A stretch of 44,170 bases of DNA from contig JNEM01009168.1 of assembly GCA_000697335.1 (NCBI GenBank), forward strand, positions 1 through 44,170, given 5' to 3'. Source of the stretch: Conidiobolus incongruus B7586. Its lineage: Eukaryota. Position 1 is the stretch's first letter; each line of letters starts with the position of its first letter. A program made the position numbers and the translations under genes. The notes under the pieces were generated by a model that saw only the letters and a list, made by a program, of their open reading frames with translations, did not search any database and had not been told where the DNA came from. Shown piece after piece: positions 24,041-36,376 of this stretch.

Positions 24041-25236
24041 CTAGTGACGCTGAGCAGAGGTGAACGCGGGATTGTTGTCATATTGACTTAATATGATATT
24101 GGATGCCTCTATTAGGTTAAAAATACCCAATGTTAATGAGGAGTTATAACGAATATTTAAAACAAAATATATAACGAAAATAATCGTTATATAAAAAGAA
24201 AATATTTACCTTGAACCTCATCAATTGACACATCAAAAGCAGACCACCAGGGTAAGCCCTTAGTAGCATCACTATTTAATGGGATATTCGAGTGTTTGGA
24301 TGCAATAAAAGTGGCAGCGGCAGCTATCACTTTAGGTTGATGGGTTAAACAGACTGTGGTCTTATAACTGTAATGGCGAAATTTCATAAAGGATATGAAC
24401 AGTTTAATGCTAGCTCAAAAAACTTGGTGCTCAAAAAGAGCCTTATTTACCTATCATTAACAAAAGTCCAAGCAGTTAAAGCAAGTTTCATAGCGTTACG
24501 CATTGTTGCTGTATCGTTATAAAATTCACCATTTAATCTTGCCTTTTTATAAGCTTTATAGCCTGCACATTAAAACTTAGAACCCGAAAATTATATTATA
24601 TACATATTGAAACATTACCATCCCAATTTTCCATAAAATTAAGTACATGGCGATAGGGAAGGTCTATGGCTAAATCAAAACAAATTGTGTATAAAACAAT
24701 GGGCTCATTATATGCTAAAACATCTAGCCATCTTCGGGATTCCGTCTTGAGAATTTGTTCTGAAGGATGGTTCGTTTTAAAAGCCCTTTTAATAACTTCA
24801 TGAAGAAAATGTTGAATATGTCTGCCTGTATCTTCCTCTTTACAGGCTATGAATAAACATGTAACAGCAATATCCTAGAAAGTATAGGTTAATAAAAAAC
24901 ACAAAGCAGAATAATCGCTAAGGAAAAATCATACATATTGATGAAAATCTCTAAAAGTTTGCCTCATAAAAAAGCGATGAAAGTAAGTGCATGCTGTAGC
25001 AATTGTTACTTGAGGTCTAAAAATTAAATAAAATGTTAAAAGGGGGATATAAAATTTTGGAATTATATGGCATACAATCGAAGGGCATTAGCAATGTGTG
25101 TTAAAAATGAAATGCCTCTCGCCCGATAATCGATCTCTTGTTCATATGAGCAAACTTTGTTGATAATAGAGGGAGTTTTCTTCATGTCATTGAGATGGAA
25201 ATACCATTGAGTGTTGTTATGAAAAGTGTCGGACAT
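24041..25236 (-). CDS. Transcriptional cyclin (cyclin K/T/L group, Pch1-like), about 6 exons
   Basis: Manual splicing from ATG 25236: QWYF...KTPS...YRARGISF...LRLPQVTIATACTYFHRFFMRQ...DIAVTCLFIACKEED...CFDLAIDLPY...AWTFVNDSYKTTVCL..QPKVIAAAA...PWW; TAG at 24041-24043. Confidence 0.88.
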
Positions 25237-27697
25237 ATTGACTAGTATTTAATAATAGTATATGACAATATAAATAAAAATGGATAAATTTTAGGTGTGG
25301 AAAATTACGCTACTACTCTATTTCAAATAGGCAAAATAGTGTAATGAAAGAAAAAAACCTGACGAAAGTGTTTCGAATTATGAATTTAGTTTTCTGAATG
25401 TTGATTTTTTGACACTCCACAACCACCCTTCATTTATTATAAATCAAATTCAATTCCCCTGACTCACTTTCAATCCTTCGCATATTCATGCAAACTGATT
25501 GGTGCTTTGTCTCTGAAAAATTTTCCTTACAATTAGTGATTCCAACAACCAATCACAATCGCTATATTTTCTAATAACCCAAAATCCTCAATATGACTAA
25601 ATTTAACATAAAAGATCCAAAAGTAGTAGTACCTCCAAAGTACCAAATCAAATTTCAAGAATTTGGATTGCGTTACCATCAGATCATATGAATGGATAGC
25701 AAGCTGATTAACTTTAGCAATTGGGGTAAGTGATCATTAGAACATTTGACCACGATTCTATTATTATCCAAAATATTATTAATAAATTTATCATTCTATG
25801 AGTTTTTTTAAAGTACTTGAGATTTATTGAATTTAAATATACTGTCTATATTTTATATCATGGCATATTTAATAATTTAACATCTATAACTGTCAAAAAG
25901 ATTTAACTTTTAAATAATCATTACATTGTAAAACTGATCACGAAATTATTTATTAAAATTTTAATTACAATATAAAATTCAGCTCAAAAAGGGTATTATT
26001 TAGTTTATTAATTAATTCTCAATAAAAATTATTTATATTTTGAATGCTAATTGCATTTATTGTTTGAAGTGTAAAATTCCTATTATGATCTGTGACAACT
26101 GATCAAACACAATTTTTGATCTGTTTTACATAGATTCAATCAATTATTTATATATTAACCCATTATGTATATGAGAATTAAGCTGGAAGAGGCCGTTTGA
26201 AATAGTATAAATAAACCATTATTAGTATGTAATATAGATATTATTTTGAATAATAATGATACGTACAATATCGCAAAGTATGTTACAGATAAAATTATTT
26301 AAATTTTAAGGTTACAATTCAGGCAGTGTTCAATTCTTAAAAATTTAAAAAAATTATCACTATTTCATTATAAAGATAAAGTAATATAATATAATTTTTA
26401 AGTATAATACTTTGAATATATGTGAAAATAAATATTAATCAGAATTAGTAAAGATTGTATTCTATATTAAAAAAACAAACAGAATAAAAATTATAACAAA
26501 ATATAAAAGAAAAGGAGTCTATCATCAGTTAATTTAGTTATAAATAATTGTTATTACAGATTATTTAAAAAAAATATTTATTGGTTAAATTATAGATCAA
26601 TAAAACTCATTAAACATTATATAATTCACCAATAAATTTGAAAATAATCAGATATTGAAACACTTAATTGTTTAGTTAATTATATATATGAATATATATT
26701 CATTTTTATTTAGGAACCCGTATAATCTAAGAAAGCGCATATATTTCAATAAAAATTTAATAAATTATTAATTTAAAGCTATATTTTGTTGGATATAATC
26801 GATAAATGAGTGAATGATATTAGTAAACTACTTATATTAAATATTTTTAATTTGATTGAAAATAGTTTAAATTTCATATTTATTTCATTAAAAAAGATAA
26901 TAATAAACTTTAAATATTTTAAAATATTTATATTAATTTTAATACAAATAATAAATCAATGGAAGCAAGAAAAGGTTATTAAATTCTTAAATATTGATCA
27001 TAGCTGAAAATTACAACTTAAATTGCTTGACTGATATTATTAATATATCAGTATGAATAATAATCTAGTAATTAACTTATAAAAATAGCCACAATCATTG
27101 TGAATGATATATTTAAAATCTTATTCAATGTCAATATGTAGCATAATGAAATTTTTACGTTTCTTTGAAAAAAGAGAAAAATAGGTTAAGATTCCGTGGT
27201 TCAATACAATCCATAAAATTATGACAATTTAATATTAATGCTTCTTTAATTGACAGTAAATAATAACTGAATACTATAAAATAATCCAACTATATTAAAA
27301 AGAACTATTTTAATACTTGATAACATATTAAAATAATTAATTAGAAATGAACAACTCAGTCAATGATTCTTTAAAACAATCAATTATATATTTCATTAGA
27401 AATTGAATTTATAATAATTTATAATTTTCTCTAAATAATTATTGTAGGGGTTAAATAGACTAACTGAGAATTAGTGTGTAAGACTGGAATGATAATTCAA
27501 TTTAGAGAGGAATTGGAAAAAAGTGTGTTGAGGATTGATTCAATAATAAAGATAGATACTTTGTTGGGACTATCAGAGTTTATAATCGCTTTAAATTAAC
27601 CATTTTCTCATAGGCGTCAAGCTTGTGAGGAAGTAAATAGAGTTATAGTATACCAATAATGTTGTACAAGTTGTAAAGATATCTAATATCACTCAAT

Positions 27698-28646
27698 TTA
27701 AATTATTTGAAGCTAAAAAAATGATTAATGAATAAATACTTGAATAAATATGTTAATTACTTACATAGTTGCTAGGAACAATACCAACGGAGCCATCGGT
27801 CTTTCTAGCTTGCCACCATTTGCCCTTATTCTCGGCAACTTCTAAAATTTCTCCCTTGGCGAAGGATATTTCGTTGGGATCTTCGGGATTTGCTTCGTCT
27901 ATATACAATTTAGAATGGTTAGTAATTTAACTTAATTAAAATACGATTAAACTCACATGAATAAAGAGCTCTAGCTTTCAATCCATATTCTTGAGGATAA
28001 GAACTACCGGAAGTATTAATAGACATTTGAGGGACGGAAGTACGAAATTGAGGTAAATCTTTGTTAATGGATTGAATGGGTCCCATACCATTGGCATTTC
28101 CGAAATTTGCATTATTTTCTTCTGTTCCAAAATGTAATAACCAATAGAACTAAAAATAATATTAATACATAAGATTATTAGGTAATATAAATTATACAAA
28201 TTACATAGACAAAAGATAAGAAAATAAATCCAGCAGTACCAGCTTTAGCAGCTGTTAAATCAAAAGCTAAAAGAGTTTGAATAGATAAAATACAAAATAC
28301 GAAACCAATAGCTAAATAACCCATAATCTATATATAAAAATAAAATTAATAATAAATTGATGACTGTTAATAAATAAATAATTACAGCAATGCGATAATT
28401 CTTCATAATACCGAATAAGACACATATCAATACACTTGTAATAGTAGCAAAAGTATAAATAATAGTAAACCAAATAAAAGTGTTCTGTGGTGTTGCTATA
28501 CAAGACCCCAACGAAACGACCCAACCTATCTAAAAGACCAATGTTAATCATAAATCAATCAACATATTCAATCTAATTACTAGAGCCAGTCCAATCGACA
28601 CCAAATTAATTTTATTACTAATTAAATTCTTCCATTGCAAAGGCAT
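27698..28646 (-). CDS. SHO1: Sho1-type osmosensor (4 TM helices + C-terminal SH3), about 6 exons
   Basis: Spliced product MPLQWKNL...[12 protein letters not shown]...FIWFTIIY...NYRIA...AGTAGFIFL...WLLHFG...[28 protein letters not shown]...[24 protein letters not shown]. Confidence 0.92.
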
Positions 28647-29143
28647 CTTTATTTACAAGCTCAGTATTAATTAATCAAACCAAATTCAAATTTAATTGAA
28701 AGAAATAAAAGAGAAATTTGTAACCAACTAATATAAAAAAATTAAACAAATAAAACTTAAGTTCCGAATTTAATTGTGATTTGAGTTGTAGAATTGCCCT
28801 CCCAATTATCAAACTATTACCAACAATTAAAATTGAACCAATACTTTAATTTCCGAGTATTAAGTACTTTTAAACTTTTATCCAATAGTTTCTGTTTACA
28901 TTGTCTTTATGTATTATTCAATAAATTACGAGTAAACTAGCGTTAATTCTGTTTTCCAATTTTAAAACTGATAATTGATAATAGGTTAATTTTTGTACTA
29001 CAACAACACTTCGCCATTTCATTAATAGGAGGAAATGATTGCGGGCATGAATTAGAATCCATTGTGCCAAGTATTGAAATGTCAATTTCTTAGAATATAT
29101 GTAGGATTTAAGTGGAATTTTTGGAACTAAATATTACTAACAA

Positions 29144-29145
<2 letters not shown>

Positions 29146-29180
<35 letters not shown>
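29146..29180. repeat. (TA)n microsatellite, about 17 units
   Basis: Uninterrupted TA run in the intergenic region upstream of SHO1. Confidence 0.9.
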
Positions 29181-29184
<4 letters not shown>

Positions 29185-29826
29185 ATATCCTATTTCTTCA
29201 ATATTCCATCATTTTGATTTTGAAATTTATATCAGTTGAATAAATAATGAATATTAAATTTTAAATTTTATTTCCAAATAAAAATATCCCTAACATTATA
29301 AGAAATTGAAAAGAATTGAATAATTTTATAATATAATTAAATCAATTCATTTAATACTATAAAAACTTATAAAATAATTATTTTTCTTTTAAAATTACTA
29401 TTAAAAATTATCAAAATTCAAATCCTGTAATATTGAATTCAAGTATTTTGAGAATATTCCATAAATTTACAAAATTTAATTACTAGAGAATCGAATGAAG
29501 AATATTTAAACTATAAAGTAATATAATTGGAGAAGGCAATTATGATAAAATATGAAGAGTGGTAAATGTGAATATTGATTTATCGACATCTAAAACGGTA
29601 TATATAATTTAATAATAATATGATATTAAGGAGAAAAAAAATGAATATTTGTTGAAAAGTAAATTTTTTGAATGACATAATGAGTTAATTTGAGAATAAT
29701 AAAAAAATTAAATGAAATATTATTAAAAAGAAAAAGATAGATAAATTGAAAATGAACTATAATATAAATTATAAAGTATAATTTGAATAAAAATGTTATA
29801 AAGGATTTGTGTAGGGAGATAGTTAA

Positions 29827-29908
29827 GACAGTTTGTCCGAGTGGTTAAGGAGTCAGACTTGAAATCTGATGGGCTCCGCCCGCACAGGTTCAAATCCTGT
29901 AGCTGTCG
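29827..29908 (+). tRNA. tRNA-Ser(TGA), intronless
   Basis: Acceptor stem GACAGTT/AGCTGTC with G discriminator; anticodon arm TCAGA-CTTGAAA-TCTGA; long variable arm GGGC-TCC-GCCC; B box GGTTCAAATCC; T-run downstream. Confidence 0.96.
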
Positions 29909-30092
29909 AAGTATTTTTCAATTTCTTTTAATACCATTTCAGCTTAATCAATTTTATTTTTCATAAGTGTATTAACCCATAATTTTATTTATATCAAAAT
30001 TGATATTGTCCTCTACTTATGTGAGTGTTGTAATCGCGTTGATATTATAAATAATCATTCGGTATTTAATATATGAAAAATAAAAAATATTA

Positions 30093-31727
30093 ATGAGACT
30101 ATTATATACTGTAATATTGAATCTATTTCACATAACTACCATTGATTCTAAATTAATCAATCTAGAATCTGAGTTTACATCTAACAAACAGAATCCCATT
30201 AAATTAGTTATATCAGGATATGGAGGAACTCGATCTCATTTCCAATCTTTATTAACGCTAGGGAACCATCTCGGGTCTCAGAATCCCAATAATGAAATAT
30301 ATTTTGCAACTCATTCCGATCGTTTATACTTTGCTGACGACTTTCCAATGATTCAAAAATATGATTTGGGAAACGTTGAAGGAATTGTCAAATTACCAAT
30401 TCAAAAACTAACTGATTTTTTACCACCTCTTTACAATCATTTATTCAATAGATATGACGAAATGGCGCGTAGTTTAGATCCCGATTTGATGATGTGTGAT
30501 TTCTTTGCAACGGCTTGTATGGACATTGCCCAAAAGTACCGCATCCCATTAATTGTAGGGTATCAAACACTTGAAGTCGGATTAAGTGAGCATCCTTATT
30601 TAACAGCCAAATATTACACCGACCATGGTTTGACTATTCAAAATTTAAATATTTTCCAACGTTGGTATAACTATTTTATTGCGCCCATCAAATGGAAACA
30701 CGAAATGAAATCCCTTATGGGAGAGATCAACAGATTGCGATTCAAGTACCATATCCCAGTTGACCACGAGCCATTCGGCAAGATTAAAAACGTTTTAAAA
30801 TTAGCAAATACGTTTATTGGATGGGAAATTCCTAGACCTTTTGATCCCAGTATTAAATTTATTGGTCCAATGATAAGCACTCAAAATAGGACACTTTCAC
30901 AAGAGTTTGCTGAATTTTTAGAGGATAAAGACAAAGTCATTTATATGGCATTTGGTACCAGAACAAGTACAATGACTAAGGACAAACTCCAAATCCTCAT
31001 CCAAAGTGCACTCAACGCCATCAGCTCTAAAATTGCAGATGGTGTAATTATTGCTACAAAAATATCACCAAATGATTTGAATCATGGATTCACTATGAAC
31101 GGCCAGTCATTGTCCCAATCCGACCTACTTGATGAAACCAAATCCAAGATCAAATTTGCATCCTTTGCACCACAACAAGCGCTACTCAACCACCAAAAAA
31201 TTCATTTATTTGTCAATCACGGAGGTATTGAAAGTATTTTCGAAGGCATTTATAGTCTGACTCCAATGCTAGTGATGCCATTAGCCGGAGACCAACCAAC
31301 CAATGCACAACATGTGCAACGTCTCAATATTGGACTAAACATTGGCAGGGTTTCCGACTCTCGAGCAATTGTTAAGAAGATGATACAAGTCTTGGAGGAT
31401 AGAGATGGCCAATTCTCGCAAGGATTACTCCAATTCCGAACCTTTATGGAATACCACCAACTCGGGGTGGAAGAAGGCACTCAACTCATTCTTAATCAAA
31501 TCAAATTGAACAAACTGTGTCGCTACAATCCCATCAATCCTAACATGAAGAATGTCCCCTGTGAAATGAAATACTTGACGTATCACTACCCATCTTTGTC
31601 CCATGTCAAGCGATCCAATATTGATATTTATGTATTGACTATTGTAGTAGTATTGGTTATATTGTATATGTTATGTTCGAGGGTTAAATTCGAAATGAAA
31701 TCAACTGTCGATATCAAAAATGACTAA
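30093..31727 (+). CDS. UDP-glycosyltransferase (GT1/UDPGT family) with signal peptide and C-terminal TM anchor
   Basis: N-terminal hydrophobic leader; GGTRSHF catalytic His motif; DLMMCDFF; YMAFGT; UGT signature FAPQQALLNHQKIHLFVNHGGIESIFEGIYSLTPMLVMPLAGDQPTNA; C-terminal TM IDIYVLTIVVVLVILYML. Confidence 0.92.
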   Translation: MRLLYTVILNLFHITTIDSKLINLESEFTSNKQNPIKLVISGYGGTRSHFQSLLTLGNHLGSQNPNNEIYFATHSDRLYFADDFPMIQKYDLGNVEGIVKLPIQKLTDFLPPLYNHLFNRYDEMARSLDPDLMMCDFFATACMDIAQKYRIPLIVGYQTLEVGLSEHPYLTAKYYTDHGLTIQNLNIFQRWYNYFIAPIKWKHEMKSLMGEINRLRFKYHIPVDHEPFGKIKNVLKLANTFIGWEIPRPFDPSIKFIGPMISTQNRTLSQEFAEFLEDKDKVIYMAFGTRTSTMTKDKLQILIQSALNAISSKIADGVIIATKISPNDLNHGFTMNGQSLSQSDLLDETKSKIKFASFAPQQALLNHQKIHLFVNHGGIESIFEGIYSLTPMLVMPLAGDQPTNAQHVQRLNIGLNIGRVSDSRAIVKKMIQVLEDRDGQFSQGLLQFRTFMEYHQLGVEEGTQLILNQIKLNKLCRYNPINPNMKNVPCEMKYLTYHYPSLSHVKRSNIDIYVLTIVVVLVILYMLCSRVKFEMKSTVDIKND

Positions 31728-32158
31728 AGGATATCTAATTATTACTAGGAATTGTATCACTAAAGATACTCAGAAAAATTATATTTTGCAATTTTTGATA
31801 TTTATGATTACTACTCTTTTAATGATAAATATTTATATAAATTGATTCACTCATATTTAATAAATTTTTCAAAATAATCATATTCCATCCATTTCAATAG
31901 AATTGTTAATTTTAGATACCTTAAATAATACTGTTACTTTCAAATTAAATGAATAATTATTTAAAATTTCAAAAATTATTTTTAATAACTCAAACAAATC
32001 AAAATTTTTATTTTAGAAATTAATTCAATTTTATCATTGGTTAAAAATAATGAAATTTAAGAATTTTTTTTTGCCACGAATTGAATATTGATCAAATTAA
32101 TATATAATTAATGAATTGATATTTTAAATTTAAATCGTTTTTGAATAAAAATCAAACT

Positions 32159-33040
32159 ATGAATTTTAATTATTATATTTATTTAATAATGTTAATTAAT
32201 TTATCCAATACAATTCGTGGTATTCGTTTTAATTGTATATTATCTTTCGGCGATAGTTTATCAGATATTGGTAATTTAGACATATTATCATGGGGAGTTA
32301 AACTGGGTAGTCGATATTTCAAGGGTAGATACAGTAACGGTCCCGTTTGGGTTGAATACCTTCAATCTTCCTTAACCATTCCTAATATGGACAATCGATC
32401 TGTAGGAGGAGCTACTACGAGCAACAAGCTCACCCACGTCAACATTTTATTGCCAGATGTACAATCTCAAATAGATTCATTGGAAATTGTATCACCTGTG
32501 AATTGCCACGATCCCATTCTGGTGACTTATATGGCTGGAGGGGATGACTATTTAAATAAAACAGTCACACTCCACCAAGTCACCGGTGATATTGAGTATC
32601 AGTTACGAAGACCCATTAGAAAGCAATTTACAACTATATTAGTGTTTAATTTACCGCCTTTAGATAAGACTCCTAATTTTTCCAAGCCTAGGGATCACAG
32701 TCCTCATAATTTCAGGAAATATCAGGATGATCATATAGGTGAGAAGATTCGATTGCATAATAAACTATTATTAGCGATTTGTAAGAAGATTCAGTCTCAA
32801 TTCTCAGATATCAAATTACTGCATTTCGATATGTATGGAAAATGGCCCACGATGGCCCAGTCCAATCCCTTCAATTCAACCAGCTGGGAGGTAGAAGACT
32901 GCTGTTTTTACGAGAAAACAGGCGAAAAACCCTGTAGTAATCCTAACAATTTTTTGTTTTATGATACTTTTCACCCTACTACGGGTGTTCATAGGGAGAT
33001 TTCTGAGCATGTTGTAAAGTTTTTACAGAATAATACATAA
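32159..33040 (+). CDS. Secreted SGNH/GDSL hydrolase (CE16 / lipase-acylhydrolase-like)
   Basis: ATG at 32159 followed by a hydrophobic leader; block I FGDSLSD, GRYSNGPVWVEYL, block II GGAT, block III GGDDY, block V FYDTFHPT. Confidence 0.88.
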   Translation: MNFNYYIYLIMLINLSNTIRGIRFNCILSFGDSLSDIGNLDILSWGVKLGSRYFKGRYSNGPVWVEYLQSSLTIPNMDNRSVGGATTSNKLTHVNILLPDVQSQIDSLEIVSPVNCHDPILVTYMAGGDDYLNKTVTLHQVTGDIEYQLRRPIRKQFTTILVFNLPPLDKTPNFSKPRDHSPHNFRKYQDDHIGEKIRLHNKLLLAICKKIQSQFSDIKLLHFDMYGKWPTMAQSNPFNSTSWEVEDCCFYEKTGEKPCSNPNNFLFYDTFHPTTGVHREISEHVVKFLQNNT

Positions 33041-33302
33041 TTATTGGATGCATTAGATTGTTGTTAGAAAAACAATATATATTTGATGAGAAATTATGAT
33101 TACAATCAACATTTGTTAACTTTTAGTATGTAATTGGATTTCAATGATTAAATCAATTTGCAAAAATTGTGTATTAATTTTAAATTAGCAGTCAACCATA
33201 ATTTATGAATTTAATTAAATAAACTTAAATTCACTTTGCATTATTTTCCAAAAATCATAATCAATATATCATACATAAAAATTAAATTGAAATTCATAAA
33301 AT

Positions 33303-34352
33303 ATGACTACTGAATTAGATTTACCCTATGCTTGCGATCTTCACGTTCATTTAAGACAAGGTAACCTTATGAAAACAGTTACTCCCAAAGTAACAGAAGG
33401 AGGTGTACAAACTGCATTCGTTATGCCCAACTTAACCCCTCCTATTAAGACCACTGAACAAGCTTTGAAATATTGGGACGAATTGAAAGCCATTAATCCC
33501 AACGTAACTTATCTTATGTCTCTCTACTTGTCTCCTGATCTCACCCCCGAAGAGATTTACCTCGCCGCTTCTAAAGGCATTGTTGGTGTCAAGTCCTACC
33601 CCAGAGGCGTCACCACCAACAGTGAATCCGGTATAGAATCTTATGAAACCTACTACCCCATCTTCGAAGCTATGGAAAAATGCAACATGGTGCTCAACTT
33701 ACATGGTGAAATCCCCAGTAACGCCGAGCAAGGTATCTGCATCCTCAACGCTGAAGAAAAATTCTTAGCCGAATTGGAAAAGCTGCACAAAAAATTCCCT
33801 AAGTTGCGAATTGTGTTGGAGCACGCTACTACCAAAGCCGCTGTCGATATGGTCAAATCTTTGGGGGACACTGTCGGATGTACTATCACCGTACACCACC
33901 TCGATTTAATCATTGATGACTGGGCAAAAAACACCCACAACTTCTGCAAGCCCGTCGCCAAATTCCCCCACGACAGAGATGCCTTACGTCAAGTTGTCAA
34001 GGAGGGTCACACTAGATTTTTCTTGGGATCCGACTCGGCACCTCATCCCAAACACGCTAAATTGACCAATCAACCCTGCGCCGGAGTCTTCACAACCCCT
34101 CACATTCTCCCATATTTGGCCACCGTTTTCGATAAGCTCGGATGTCTCGACAAGCTGGAGGGCTATAGCTGCATTAACGGAGCTAAGTTCTATCAGTTGG
34201 ATTTGGAAAAGCTCCAGCAAAAGAGGCTCAAGTTAGTCAAGGAGACTTGGAGCGTACCTGAAGAACATCACTTCACCCTTGATAGTGGAGAACCTAGCTC
34301 AGTCGTCCCCTTCTTGGCCGGTCAGACTCTCACTTGGAAAATTGCTAAATAA
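33303..34352 (+). CDS. URA4: Dihydroorotase (homodimeric type II)
   Basis: DLHVHLRQG, VMPNLTPP, GVKSYPRGVTTNS, LNLHGE, VLEHATT, FCKPVAK, FFLGSDSAPHP. Confidence 0.96.
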   Translation: MTTELDLPYACDLHVHLRQGNLMKTVTPKVTEGGVQTAFVMPNLTPPIKTTEQALKYWDELKAINPNVTYLMSLYLSPDLTPEEIYLAASKGIVGVKSYPRGVTTNSESGIESYETYYPIFEAMEKCNMVLNLHGEIPSNAEQGICILNAEEKFLAELEKLHKKFPKLRIVLEHATTKAAVDMVKSLGDTVGCTITVHHLDLIIDDWAKNTHNFCKPVAKFPHDRDALRQVVKEGHTRFFLGSDSAPHPKHAKLTNQPCAGVFTTPHILPYLATVFDKLGCLDKLEGYSCINGAKFYQLDLEKLQQKRLKLVKETWSVPEEHHFTLDSGEPSSVVPFLAGQTLTWKIAK

Positions 34353-35421
34353 ATAGGTCAATATATCGTTTATATTTTGCGACCTAGGGGTATTTTGACG
34401 ATGATACGATTCAATAAATTATAATCAATAATACATTATCAACGTTAATATTATCTAAATATATGTTGTATATATTCATCATAAACATTCATATCAATCA
34501 TCCTGTTAGTGCATTATTTTAATATTGAATCACAAGTCAGTATAATTTAACAAAAAGAATTCTATAAACCAATTCAAAGCAGATAAATAACAGTAAAAAT
34601 ATCATTTTATATTTAATTTACCACTACCAATTTATTGTCCTAATTTAAAATTATTCCAAATATTATTAAATTTTATATATAATTTTATTTAAAGATTTTA
34701 TTAATAATTATATTATTCAAAATATTATTTTAATTTATTATATATTATTTTCAATTTTTGACATAAAATTTCATTGATTTATTTATTTGAATATTCAAAT
34801 GATTTTTAAAAATGAAATACTAAATAATTCAAAAAAAAATTGTATTACTATAAGATTAATATGATAGTGAAGATTGTATTTTGGATTATCATTTTGATTA
34901 AATTGAAATATGACTATATTAACAATTTAAAAATTGACATAATTATTAAAATAGTCATATTAAGGTAATTTCTATAGTGATAAATTGGTTAAGAAATTAA
35001 TTTGGATTTTAAGTACTAAATATTGTAGTCCAATATTATGGTAATTAGTTGGTAGCGTTACAATACTAAATAGTATAATTAAAAATTGACCAACAGTTTA
35101 GTAGATTAAATATTGTTTAATAGTGATAATATTTTGTAATAAATATTGAATTCCGTTGGTATGATGGTGGCAGATGAAGAGCAGGATTAGAAAAATAATC
35201 CAAGCAGTTATCTATTCAAAATTATAGAATTTGAATCGTTGAAAAATTAAGGAACATTATAAAAAGCTGAAATATTGAGAGAATATGAAATACTATAGAA
35301 CATCCTTTTAAATGATATATACCAACGAATAGTCGAAATAGATTTGGAAATGGGCTGATAAACTATTATTATATAATTGTTTTTTGGGCTGTGTGCATAA
35401 TCAACTATATATTGAAATAGA

Positions 35422-36051
35422 TTAAAATCTATTCTTATTGGTGCTGAAGAAGGATCTGACAAGACCCACTTGAGCAAGGGCGACCAGGACGACGAGGACG
35501 GATTCGGCAATAGCGAACCAGTGGACACGACCCAAAATGGAGGCTAAGATAGATTCGTTACGAGCTTCCTGGGTGCTGAAGGTACGTTGGTCACTCATAA
35601 TTTGGTAGCAATGTTGTTGAATCTCCTGCAAAGTCTTTTCCATACTGCCGATATGTTCTACCTTGTTCTTCTTCAATGGTGACTTTTTGGGTTCAATGTG
35701 CTTGGACTTGATTTCAAATTCGACTTCTTTAACGTCGCCCGAAGTGTTGACGAAACAGAATTTGTAATCACCAAGTTGGTTCATTACGAACACGAAGTCA
35801 CCTTGACGTGAAGCTTGATCGCTCATCACTTCGGTACCGTCGGGAGCTTCAACACTGTAGTTTACTTCGAAATCGCCACCCCTGTGAACTGAAAAATAGA
35901 AGGCTGCTTTGCTCTGGAGTTGTTGGTTAGGAAGATAAAAGCACATGGTTTCGTAACCGCCCATCTCATAGGATAATGTAAAGGCAACAACTTGATGAAG
36001 TAAAGTTACCAAAGCAAATAGTGAAGGAGCTATAATACTGAACACTTTCAT
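35422..36051 (-). CDS. p24/emp24/gp25L (TMED) cargo receptor
   Basis: Signal peptide, GOLD domain (CFY...F.V.RGG.F.V.Y.V.APDG...G.YKFCF.N), coiled coil, TM helix and a cytosolic tail with FF. Confidence 0.92.
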   Translation of the reverse strand: MKVFSIIAPSLFALVTLLHQVVAFTLSYEMGGYETMCFYLPNQQLQSKAAFYFSVHRGGDFEVNYSVEAPDGTEVMSDQASRQGDFVFVMNQLGDYKFCFVNTSGDVKEVEFEIKSKHIEPKKSPLKKNKVEHIGSMEKTLQEIQQHCYQIMSDQRTFSTQEARNESILASILGRVHWFAIAESVLVVLVALAQVGLVRSFFSTNKNRF

Positions 36052-36236
36052 ATTATTAACGATTTAATTACAGTGAATAATTAACTGAATAAAATTTTAT
36101 TTTGATAAAACAGTAAAAATTGATTAATTCAATATTTGAATTGGATTATTATGTTTTGAATTGAAATTTAATACGTGGCATCATTTTAATTTCATTATTG
36201 AATTCAGTTCCATTTCACAATAACTCAATTCATTTA

Positions 36237-36246
36237 TTATGGGATT
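36237..36246 (-). promoter_or_regulatory. AATCCCATAA motif upstream of the p24 gene
   Basis: Exact 10-mer in sense orientation ~185 bp upstream of the ATG. Confidence 0.65.
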
Positions 36247-36376
36247 ATTCAATAATTAAATACTAATTCAAAATAATTAGAATTTATGAAATACACCTCA
36301 CCAATAAAAAACAAAGTCAAATATAATAAAATTCATATTTCATAAAATAACAATATTTATTTTTAATTAATAGTTA

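Noticed and set aside
25590..25730. Short + strand frame MTKFNIKDPKVVVPPKYQIKFQEFGLRYHQII* divergent from the cyclin gene
   Set aside because: About 32 codons with no recognisable family; possibly a gene fragment but unsupported.
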